In this document: one piece after another, positions 1 to 7,684 of the stretch
How positions within the stretch are numbered: the first letter of the stretch is position 1
Layout of the letters: each line of letters starts with the position of its first letter
DNA from: Bradymonadia bacterium
GTDB lineage: Bacteria; Myxococcota_A; Bradymonadia; UBA7976; UBA1532
Reading direction: 5' to 3'
DNA: 64,000 nucleotides
NCBI GenBank assembly: GCA_046290225.1
Contig: JBKAGE010000036.1
Span: 128,001 to 192,000 of the forward strand
Notes under the pieces: model-generated
What the model was told of the DNA's origin: nothing
The model's database searches: none
Seen by the model: the letters and a program-made list of their open reading frames with translations, nothing else
Translations under genes and position numbers: made by a program

Positions 1-450
1 CGCGTGAATGTGCGAGGGGAACGGCACCAGCGCGTGGTGCCACATTTGCGGATGGATGAAGGCCTTCATCGGGCAGTTGCCGATGTGTCGGAAGCCCACC
101 TCTCGCTCAGCGACATCGAGGACGTCGTCCCAGCTGGAGTTGGCCAGATCGATGTCCGCAGCGCGGAAGACCATCTCAAGGGCGGGGTTGAAGCCCACGA
201 AGTTGAGCGGCTTGTCGTTCTGCGCCGCAAAGCGCGGGCTGCCCACGAAGATCAAGCAGGGCTTACCGTGCTCATTGGCCCCAGCGAGCCACCCGTAATC
301 GGGATTGCTCTCCACCATGTGCAGGCGATCAGGGTCGAGGTAGGCGCGGACGGTCTCGAGCTCAAGCTTAGTGACTGAGGCGATGTGCTCAGGGTCGTAA
401 GCTTTGAGGTCGAGGCCTTCGAGGAATGCTTTATCGAGAAACCATGTCAT
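1..450 (-). CDS. hypothetical protein, runs off the left edge
   Basis: ATG at 450 opens a stop-free frame to position 1 (MTWFLDKAFLEGLDLKAYDPEH...) with GC-rich third positions; absent from the ORF track because its stop lies outside the window. Confidence 0.7.
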   Translation of the reverse strand, partial: MTWFLDKAFLEGLDLKAYDPEHIASVTKLELETVRAYLDPDRLHMVESNPDYGWLAGANEHGKPCLIFVGSPRFAAQNDKPLNFVGFNPALEMVFRAADIDLANSSWDDVLDVAEREVGFRHIGNCPMKAFIHPQMWHHALVPFPSHIHA

Positions 451-647
451 GGGCAGATGATGCGCTGACTGAGGGTGAGCGATCTACCCATTTTTCGGAT
501 GCCTGGGCTGTCGAGGCTTCATCGTGAGCCGGGTGCGCCCTCCACATCACCGCGTATTTCGGGAAGTGTGAGCGTGCCCCCTACATAAGATGCTTGCCCC
601 CTACCGGGTTCGAAGCGACGCTTTCTCCCGCACCACCGGGAGCTCGC

Positions 648-1547
648 ATGCGCCACCTACCTCTGTTCGTTTTGACCTTCGCCACCCTGCTCGGCCTCTG
701 TGCGACGAGCTCTGCCGATCACCCCGCGAACTTCGGGAAAGCCAAGAAGGCCATGAAGCGCATCTATCAGGGGCACCAGACCTCGTTCTATTGCGGGTGC
801 CGCTACGACTATCAGGGCAAGAAGGGCGTGCCCTACTTCAACTCCTGCGACTACCAACCGCGCAAGCCCAACACCAAGAGCGGCAAGCGCAACAGCCGCA
901 TCGACCGCATCGAGTGGGAGCACGTGGTCCCAGCGTGGGAGTTCGGCCATCAGATGCAGTGCTGGCGAGAGGGTAAGCGTAGGAAGTGCGGCAAAGATCC
1001 GAAGTTCCGCCGCATGGAGTCGGACATGCACAACCTCACGCCGGCCTTGGGCGAGGTGAATGGAGATCGTGGCAACTTCCAGTTCACGATGCTCTCGGGC
1101 GTGGGCAAGAAGCACGGTCAGTGTGACGTGAAGGTGGACTTCAAGGCGAAACGATTCCAGCCGCCGCCGAACCGCCGTGGCGACATCGCCCGGACCTACT
1201 TCTACTTCCGTGACCGCTACGGTTTGAGCATCTCGCGGCAACAGCGCCAGCTCTATGAAGCCTGGAGCCGACAAGATCCCGTGGATCAATGGGAGCGGGA
1301 GCGAAATCAGCGCATCCAACGCGCTCAAGGGAACGGGAACGCTTATGTCTCGGGCCGCGGCCGAGTAGAGCGGGCGCCTGGGTTCGAGGGTGGCATCGCC
1401 GGCAACGCACCCCGCTGTGATCGCAAGAAGACGAGGTGCAGCCAGATGAAAGACTGCGCTGAGGCGAGGCACTACCTGACGCAGTGCGGACGCAAGAGCT
1501 TCGACCGGAACAAGGACGGGGTGCCCTGTGAGTCGCTCTGTCGGTGA
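648..1547 (+). CDS. endA: secreted endonuclease I (EndA/Dns family) with C-terminal Excalibur Ca-binding domain
   Basis: signal peptide MRHLPLFVLTFATLLGLCA; FYCGC, RIEWEHVVPAWEFG, DMHNLTPALGEVNGDR, RGDIARTYFYF motifs; C-terminal C..M..C.EA...L..CG...DRNKDGVPCE; start moved to ATG 648. Confidence 0.9.
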   Translation: MRHLPLFVLTFATLLGLCATSSADHPANFGKAKKAMKRIYQGHQTSFYCGCRYDYQGKKGVPYFNSCDYQPRKPNTKSGKRNSRIDRIEWEHVVPAWEFGHQMQCWREGKRRKCGKDPKFRRMESDMHNLTPALGEVNGDRGNFQFTMLSGVGKKHGQCDVKVDFKAKRFQPPPNRRGDIARTYFYFRDRYGLSISRQQRQLYEAWSRQDPVDQWERERNQRIQRAQGNGNAYVSGRGRVERAPGFEGGIAGNAPRCDRKKTRCSQMKDCAEARHYLTQCGRKSFDRNKDGVPCESLCR

Positions 1548-1551
1548 TGTG

Positions 1552-1905
1552 TCAGGTGGAGGCGGACGTGTGTGCGGAGTGTGCGCCCAGAAGAACCTTT
1601 CTGGGATCGCCCTTTGACGCATAGCTCAGGTAGAGCACATACGGAAACGCGAACATCCCGCCCATGACGACGTTGAGGACAGCATACGTCTTCCCCCTGA
1701 CGCTGAACTCTTCACGCCAGCTCATCCAAGCTGAAGTCATCAGCAAATAGACGATGAAATCGAAATCGAACTGTGATCTCCAATTCATGGCTTGGAGGTC
1801 TGCGAGCGCAACAGCCGGCCAGTTGAATCCCTGAGAATTGATGGCTGCAACAGTAAACACGTAGATGAGTACAGTTGCGGCCAATAAAAACATCCTGAAA
1901 AACAT
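1552..1905 (-). CDS. small integral membrane protein (DUF1475-like)
   Basis: three hydrophobic segments, W.SQF..DF motif; lower GC than flanks; start estimated. Confidence 0.6.
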   Translation of the reverse strand: MFFRMFLLAATVLIYVFTVAAINSQGFNWPAVALADLQAMNWRSQFDFDFIVYLLMTSAWMSWREEFSVRGKTYAVLNVVMGGMFAFPYVLYLSYASKGDPRKVLLGAHSAHTSAST

Positions 1906-2230
1906 CAATGGTGCCCTCTCTTCCTTTGAGGTCGAGGTCCATTCGTGACAAGACACCTCGCGACATTGATGAGCGCAGTCTTGTGGCTGGAGCTCTCACT
2001 GTTCTGGCGGTATCTGGGTAGAACAATGATCTCTGATCTGAGCCTGCTCAATTACCTCGGGGAGTCATCAGAGCAACAGCGTAGGCGAGACTGTCTTCAG
2101 GGGATGGTGGAGGGGGCTCAGGTGCGGGTGGCTTGCGCAGTCATCCAGAGCACAGGGCATCGCTGAAATCATCGAGCGAGTCGAGGGAGGCGCATGATCA
2201 TGCTGGGGGAGGAACTTCGGTGCACGGAAC

Positions 2231-2260
2231 GAAAAAAGCCCCCGGATTCCGGAGGCTTTT
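2231..2260 (-). terminator. rho-independent terminator after tRNA-Val
   Basis: minus strand reads aaaagcctccgg-aat-ccgggggctttttt, a hairpin plus U-tract. Confidence 0.8.
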
Positions 2261-2265
2261 CGTAG

Positions 2266-2337
2266 TGGGCGATACTGGATTTGAACCAGTGACTTCTTCC
2301 GTGTGAAGGAAGCACTCTACCACTGAGTTAATCGCCC
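2266..2337 (-). tRNA. tRNA-Val(CAC)
   Basis: acceptor stem GGGCGAT/ATCGCCC, anticodon arm CTTCC-TTCACAC-GGAAG, T-loop GTTCAAATC; CCA not encoded. Confidence 0.95.
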
Positions 2338-2380
2338 GCATCAGGTGCGGCATTTCGTGTTCCTTGCGGAACGGAGGAGG

Positions 2381-2409
2381 TTTCTACCCGCACTCTGAAC
2401 GGAGCGCAA
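2381..2409 (-). promoter_or_regulatory. sigma70-type promoter of tRNA-Val
   Basis: TTGCGC-17 nt-TAGAAA on the minus strand. Confidence 0.6.
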
Positions 2410-2518
2410 GAAGTTTCTTTCAGCTTTTTTCTCAGCCCTCGAGCCCGCGCCCATCCTGAGGGGCCAGGCCGACATTTTCGAGAGTCGAACTGGGCAAGTG
2501 TGCTAGCTTCCCGCCGCC

Positions 2519-3442
2519 ATGCATCACATCAAAGCACTTCGTCCACACCAGTGGATCAAAAACTTCTTTGTCTTCGCGGCGTTGATCTTCTCCCGCAACC
2601 TGACCAACCTCGATCTGGGGTTGCGCAGCATGCTGATCTTTGCCGCCTTCAGCGCCGTCGCCAGCTCGATTTATCTGGTGAATGACGTCGCCGACATCGA
2701 GCGTGACCGCCAGCATCCCAAGAAAAAGTTCCGGCCCATCGCCAGCGGTAAGGTCAACCCCAAGACCGCCCTGATGATGGGGGCGTTGCTGTTCCCTCTC
2801 GGGCTCGGCACCGCGTATTGGCTCAGCGTGCCCACCGGGGTCGTGCTCACCACCTACTTCATCATGAACCTCGGCTACTCCACCAAGCTCAAGCACGTGG
2901 TGTTGCTCGACGTGTTCATCATCGCCCTGGGCTTCTTGCTGCGGGTGCTCGCCGGGGCCTTCGCCATCGGGGTGGGTGTGAGCCCGTGGTTGCTCATCTG
3001 CACGCTCTTTGGCGCCTTGTTCCTCGCCTTCTGCAAGCGGCGGAACGAGCTCACCAGCCTCGGTGAGAACGCTGGCAGTCACCGGGCCATCTTGTCGGAG
3101 TACTCCGTGGGGTACATCGACAACGCCATCTCTGCCCTTACCGCCATGACCGTGATGAGCTACGCGCTCTACACCATCGACCCGGCGGTGTGCGCCAAGC
3201 TCGGCACCGATGCTCTCGTGCTCACCGTGCCCCTCGTGCTCTTCGGCGCCTTCCGGTACCTGCACCTCGTGCATCAGAAGGACAAGGGCGGCTCGCCCAC
3301 CATGGTCATGCTCACCGACATCAGCATCCAGGGTGTAGCGTTCTTGCTGCTCGCCTCAGCCATCTCGTTCATCTACTTCAACGTGCAGTTGGGCTTGGGC
3401 GGGACCATGGTCAGGCAGGCTGGTGCGGTTCTGATCCCGTAG
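2519..3442 (+). CDS. UbiA-family prenyltransferase (decaprenyl-phosphate phosphoribosyltransferase-like)
   Basis: RPHQWIKN, YLVNDVADIERDRQHPKKKFRPIASG, KRRNEL motifs; multiple TM helices. Confidence 0.88.
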   Translation: MHHIKALRPHQWIKNFFVFAALIFSRNLTNLDLGLRSMLIFAAFSAVASSIYLVNDVADIERDRQHPKKKFRPIASGKVNPKTALMMGALLFPLGLGTAYWLSVPTGVVLTTYFIMNLGYSTKLKHVVLLDVFIIALGFLLRVLAGAFAIGVGVSPWLLICTLFGALFLAFCKRRNELTSLGENAGSHRAILSEYSVGYIDNAISALTAMTVMSYALYTIDPAVCAKLGTDALVLTVPLVLFGAFRYLHLVHQKDKGGSPTMVMLTDISIQGVAFLLLASAISFIYFNVQLGLGGTMVRQAGAVLIP

Positions 3443-3466
3443 TGCTGACCCGGTAGAGTCCTTTTC

Positions 3467-4465
3467 TCAGTCGAGGCGGTTCCAGCGTACCTCGTAGACC
3501 GTCAGACGATCTTCCTCCACGCAGTTGTCTCCGCTGTAGTCCAACCGCTCGTTCTCCGTGCCTTCGAACTCGAAAGCATCACCGGCGTCGAACAAGTAGT
3601 TCCCTGTCATGTCGCTGATCGTCGAGCCGAAGCACAGCAGCGGGGGTGAGGCGATGGGCGTCGTGTACTCCAGTTCCAGGCGGAACTCGATCTCCAAATC
3701 GTCGATGGCCTCGGCGTCGAAGAACATCGCCCGCGCCTCCGACAGACGCTGACCCTGAACATCGCGTACCACAATGCGGTACACCGGCGGGTTGGGATCA
3801 GGCGAGATCGAGATGCTGGTGTTCTCGACCTGGCCCACCTCGAGATCCGGCACGTTGGTGAGGACCACCGTACGGGTCACTGCGTACTGCCCGGAGAAGT
3901 CAGGGCCGTCGATGGGCGGATCGATGATGATCCCAGAATCGTCATCGAGATCCATGTCCGGCGCTTCCATGTCGGGGAGATCCACATCGGCCATCTCCAT
4001 ATCGGGGAGATCGGCATCACCTGGATCCATATCGCCGGCATCCATCATGCCCATATCGCTGGGATCCATGTCCGGGCCCATGTCGCTGAGATCCATATCG
4101 CTGAGATCCATGTCGCTGAGATCCATGTCTCCGGCGTCCATCATGCCCATGTCTCCGGGCTCGGCGTCGGGCATCCCAGCGTCAGAGAGGTCGGCATCCA
4201 TCTCGGCGTCTGGTGTGGACATCCCAGCGTCAGCGCCCACGTCGGGCATGCTCGCTTGCATCCCACCGTCCTCGCCATACAGGCAGTAACCGCCTGCCGC
4301 GGTATCGCACACCACCCCCTCGGGGCAATCCGCGTTGGTCCCGCATCGGGGTCGACATTTGTCCAGATAACAGCCCAGGCCTCTAGCGCAGTCGTCGTCT
4401 GTCCGACAATTGACTCCAGGGCAGCCCTGCAGCGGCAAGGCCGCACAGAGCGCCAAAGCGAGCAT
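3467..4465 (-). CDS. Cys-rich lipoprotein with Asp-Met repeat linker
   Basis: lipobox LQGC after a hydrophobic stretch; two Cys-rich modules; long DM-rich tract; start estimated. Confidence 0.7.
   Translation of the reverse strand: MLALALCAALPLQGCPGVNCRTDDDCARGLGCYLDKCRPRCGTNADCPEGVVCDTAAGGYCLYGEDGGMQASMPDVGADAGMSTPDAEMDADLSDAGMPDAEPGDMGMMDAGDMDLSDMDLSDMDLSDMGPDMDPSDMGMMDAGDMDPGDADLPDMEMADVDLPDMEAPDMDLDDDSGIIIDPPIDGPDFSGQYAVTRTVVLTNVPDLEVGQVENTSISISPDPNPPVYRIVVRDVQGQRLSEARAMFFDAEAIDDLEIEFRLELEYTTPIASPPLLCFGSTISDMTGNYLFDAGDAFEFEGTENERLDYSGDNCVEEDRLTVYEVRWNRLD
4078..4129. repeat. 15-bp coding tandem repeat (DMDLS) x3
   Basis: atccat(g/a)tcgctgag repeated in tandem. Confidence 0.75.
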
Positions 4466-4679
4466 GAGCACCCGAATCGGGCCCTTGCGCGGGGGCCGGT
4501 TTTCACCTTGCCGACCACAGACGGTCACGTTATCGTCGAAAAACAGGTCGCTTAGGAGTCGAAAGACGAACCCCCAGCGAACAAACCCTCCAGGCCGGCG
4601 CTGCCAGCCTCCGAGCCCCACCCGAGGGCAACCCCCTCGTCGTTCCTGTCTCACATCCAACTGCCCATCGGCCCGTCCG

Positions 4680-5306
4680 TTGACAATCTCTCTGTGTGAC
4701 ATCAGCACCCGGTCTACCTCCGCGTCGTTGTCTGCCGTGATCTCACTGCTTGGGGCACTCGGCCCCATGAGTGCCCATGGACAGACCTCCGATGCAGGTA
4801 CAGCAAAACCCGAGCCAGCCCCGATGAAGCCAACAGCGACGCCTACGAACGGCACCGCTGTGCGGCTCGCCGGTACGTTGTCCCTCGGCGTGGGTCCTGC
4901 GTTCAGTCAGAGTGATGACGGTGGCGTCAAGGACTGGGTGACTGGCGTCGCAGAGCTCGATGTCTCCTTGAGCATGGATTACGACCCGTCGATGGAGTGG
5001 GGCCTGGCAGCGAGCGCTGGCACTGGAGACACGCGTCTGACCGTACTCGTCCCTCGGGTGCGGTTGCTCAAAGACGCAGGTGGTGAGGGCATTCGGTACT
5101 TCGGTACGCTCGGAGTCCCGGTGGCTTTCTCGCCGGAGATGTACCTCGGGGCCGAGCTGGGGGGCGGGATCATCTACCCGCTCTGGCGCATGTTCGAACT
5201 CGTGGGCGCCCTGCACGTTGACACTTTGTTTGCCCTCGACCCCTTGTCGTCGGCGGACACGGTGTTCATGTTCAACGCGAGCGTCGGTGGCCGGATGATT
5301 TTCTGA
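4680..5306 (+). CDS. putative outer-membrane beta-barrel protein
   Basis: signal-like N-terminus ending AHG, alternating amphipathic strands, terminal Phe; start uncertain (in-frame TTG at 4680). Confidence 0.55.
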   Translation: MTISLCDISTRSTSASLSAVISLLGALGPMSAHGQTSDAGTAKPEPAPMKPTATPTNGTAVRLAGTLSLGVGPAFSQSDDGGVKDWVTGVAELDVSLSMDYDPSMEWGLAASAGTGDTRLTVLVPRVRLLKDAGGEGIRYFGTLGVPVAFSPEMYLGAELGGGIIYPLWRMFELVGALHVDTLFALDPLSSADTVFMFNASVGGRMIF

Positions 5307-5365
5307 AGGCGTCGCGCTCTGGAGTGAAGACGATCTCGCATCGACGAGATCACATGGAGGTCATC

Positions 5366-5704
5366 ATGAACCTGGAGATGGTCGGCAAAGAGGTCACCCC
5401 TTCCGACAACCTGCGCAACCGCATCGAGGCCAAGCTGGGCAAGATCGAGCAGCGGGTGGGTCATCAACTCTTTGCACGCGTAGTCTTCGGCAAGGACGGC
5501 AAGGACTACACGTGCTCGGTGCACTTCAAGTCCCACCACCATGACTTCTCGGCTACGGCCAACACCAACGATCTGTTCAAGTCTGCCGACGAGGCCATCA
5601 CCAAGATCGAGCGCCAGGTGCGCAAGGTGCTGCACAAAGACGAGGCCAGTCGTAAGCCCTCGGCGTCGATTCGCGCTACAGTCCCCGAAGATCTCGAGGC
5701 CTGA
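5366..5704 (+). CDS. hpf: ribosome hibernation promoting factor (HPF/RaiA family)
   Basis: MNLEMVGKEVTPSDNLRNRIEAKLGKI...DLFKSADEAITKIERQVRK; GGAGG before ATG 5366. Confidence 0.82.
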   Translation: MNLEMVGKEVTPSDNLRNRIEAKLGKIEQRVGHQLFARVVFGKDGKDYTCSVHFKSHHHDFSATANTNDLFKSADEAITKIERQVRKVLHKDEASRKPSASIRATVPEDLEA

Positions 5705-6081
5705 TGCGCAAGGCGATTCACACCGACGACGCCCCTGCGGCCATCGGCCCTTACAGCCAGGCCATCGAGGCTGGGGGCTGGCTGTGGTGCAGCGGTCAGA
5801 TCGCCCTCAAGCAGGGTCAGATCGTGGGCACCACCGCCGCAGAGCAGGCAGCGGTGGTCCTCGATAACCTCACGGCGGTCCTCGCCGCCGGAGGCGCCAC
5901 CTTCGACCAGGTCGTGCGCTGTACGATCTTCTTGAAGAGCATGGACGACTTTGCCGCGGTGAACGAGGTGTACGGGGCGCGCATGCCCTCACCGCCGCCT
6001 GCCCGTGCAGCGGTGGAGGTGGCCCGTCTACCGAAAGATGTGCTTGTGGAGATCGACGCCGTGGCCTACGTGGGCGGGTGA
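5704..6081 (+). CDS. ridA: RidA (YjgF/YER057c/UK114) imine deaminase
   Basis: APAAIGPYSQA, SGQI, NEVY, PARAAVEVARLPKDVLVEIDA; TGATG overlap with hpf. Confidence 0.93.
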   Translation: MRKAIHTDDAPAAIGPYSQAIEAGGWLWCSGQIALKQGQIVGTTAAEQAAVVLDNLTAVLAAGGATFDQVVRCTIFLKSMDDFAAVNEVYGARMPSPPPARAAVEVARLPKDVLVEIDAVAYVGG

Positions 6082-6094
6082 TCGGTCTTCTGCA

Positions 6095-6125
6095 GCCTGT
6101 GGGGTGATTTTTTGACCCCACAGGC
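6095..6125 (+). terminator. hairpin downstream of ridA
   Basis: 11-bp inverted repeat gcctgtggggt/accccacaggc; no strong U-tract. Confidence 0.5.
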
Positions 6126-6154
6126 TTGCACGGCAGGGCGGGTTCTTCTATAAA
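6126..6154 (+). promoter_or_regulatory. sigma70-type promoter of tRNA-Arg
   Basis: TTGCAC-17 nt-TATAAA followed by a GC-rich discriminator. Confidence 0.7.
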
Positions 6155-6174
6155 CCGCCCTCGCAGTCCAGCAT

Positions 6175-6248
6175 GCACCCGTAGCTCAGCTGGATAGAGC
6201 GCCGGCCTCCGGAGCCGTAGGTCGCAGGTTCGAATCCTGCCGGGTGCG
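6175..6248 (+). tRNA. tRNA-Arg(CCG)
   Basis: acceptor stem GCACCCG/CGGGTGC, D-arm TAGCTCAGCTGGATAGAGC, anticodon loop CTCCGGA, GTTCGAATC; CCA not encoded. Confidence 0.95.
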
Positions 6249-6249
6249 C

Positions 6250-6287
6250 AAAAAAGCCTCAGAGCACATCAGCTCTGAGGCTTTTTT
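6250..6287. terminator. bidirectional rho-independent terminator
   Basis: aaaaaagcctcagagc-acatca-gctctgaggctttttt between convergent tRNA and CDS. Confidence 0.85.
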
Positions 6288-6320
6288 AGTTTTTGCACAC
6301 AGTTGCAGCAGCTCAGTCTC

Positions 6321-7454
6321 TCAGAAGAACAGCCACCGACCTGCTCGGGCCATGATCCAGGCAGCCTCGGCCTCCTCTGCAGGGGCGCCGTGAGCATCCC
6401 GGCCAGTGAGGCCGTCGAGGGACATGTCGGCAGCATGCAGCATGCGACGCAGGTGAGCGCCGGGCAGGCGCAAGCCCGAGGTCGCCTCTGCCGCCGGCCC
6501 CGCACACATCAAGTGCAGCTGGCCCTCGTGACACGTGGCCCGCACCAGTCGCTCCAGAGCGCCCTGAAGACTCAGGGACTGCTCCAACCAGTCAAAAGCG
6601 AAGACGTGATCGAAACGACACGGCAACAGCTCGAGCTCGTCGGGTGAATCTACAGCGTCGACTCCTGGGCGATGCTCTGTGTGGATCGCGTGAACCTCAG
6701 CGTGGGGCAGCAGCACTTTGAGCGCCTCCGCCAATGGACCCACCACGAGCACTTTCTCGCCACAGCCCACATCTCGTGTGGCCGTCCAGGCCCAGTTGAA
6801 CACTGGGGTGGGATCACATGGCAAAGTCCAGAGGTGCTCGAAGAGCGCCCGCGCCTCACCAGGATCACGACCCACGAGGGTGCGGGCAGGGGCCGGAGCC
6901 CGAGTAATGCCCGCCACGACATCGGCGAGATCTTCAGCATTGGCCCCCTCGAGAAACACCACACAGGCGTCCACGAGATCTGGCCGGCCCAGGCGGGCCA
7001 GGGTGGCCAGCAATTGCCTCAGAGACCACCGGGAAGTCGCCGTGGGACGCACGTAGGGCGCCATGGGCAGCGTGCGACGGCTCAGCGCCAACAAGCACTG
7101 GATCCAGCGGAGCGTCGGGGTATCGGCCCCCGTGTCCTCGAGGATGCTCTCCACCGTCTCGTCCATGCCGAGGGCCAGGGCCACGGTGGCCAGCGTGTCC
7201 TCGATGGAGCCCATGGCCTCCTCGCAGGTCCACAGCGGGACCAGCACATCGAGGGCGGCTTTGGCGTCGCCGGCCTGAATCGCCAGACGGGCCCGATTGA
7301 GCGCCACCTCGGTGTCATGGGCGCCATCGGGAAGCAGCGAGAGCACCTGCGCGGCCTCGGCCTGTGATCCCTCTGCCTCGAGGGCCTCGGCCAGGCTGAG
7401 ACCAATGGCTGCCACGTCGACCTCGGCGCGCACCTTGAGCTGTAGACCGTCCAC
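6321..7454 (-). CDS. TPR-like helical protein with C-terminal SAM-methyltransferase-like domain
   Basis: GAGGAGG before GTG; Ala/Leu-rich helical repeats; KVLVVGP, FDHVFAFDWLEQ, GQLHL. Confidence 0.6.
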   Translation of the reverse strand: MDGLQLKVRAEVDVAAIGLSLAEALEAEGSQAEAAQVLSLLPDGAHDTEVALNRARLAIQAGDAKAALDVLVPLWTCEEAMGSIEDTLATVALALGMDETVESILEDTGADTPTLRWIQCLLALSRRTLPMAPYVRPTATSRWSLRQLLATLARLGRPDLVDACVVFLEGANAEDLADVVAGITRAPAPARTLVGRDPGEARALFEHLWTLPCDPTPVFNWAWTATRDVGCGEKVLVVGPLAEALKVLLPHAEVHAIHTEHRPGVDAVDSPDELELLPCRFDHVFAFDWLEQSLSLQGALERLVRATCHEGQLHLMCAGPAAEATSGLRLPGAHLRRMLHAADMSLDGLTGRDAHGAPAEEAEAAWIMARAGRWLFF

Positions 7455-7684
7455 CCTGAATCCTCCTCAGCCCTCTCCAGGGCCCGTTCAATGCGTCGTC
7501 CCCGACGACCGCCTGCTCAGGGGTGCTCTCGCAAAGGTCGGGCCAAGTCGATTTGGCTCAAGATTTACGCCGCTATGGGCGACAGAGGTGCAGTTCAGCG
7601 TCGAACCGTTGACGATCACTGCCAGAAGGGTGGCGTCGGCCAAGGGGACTCGCCTATCGTCTGCGGTGTGGATCACTTGGAGGA

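Noticed and set aside
4..378. plus-strand ORFs at the window start
   Set aside because: shadows of the minus-strand ORF 450 to 1
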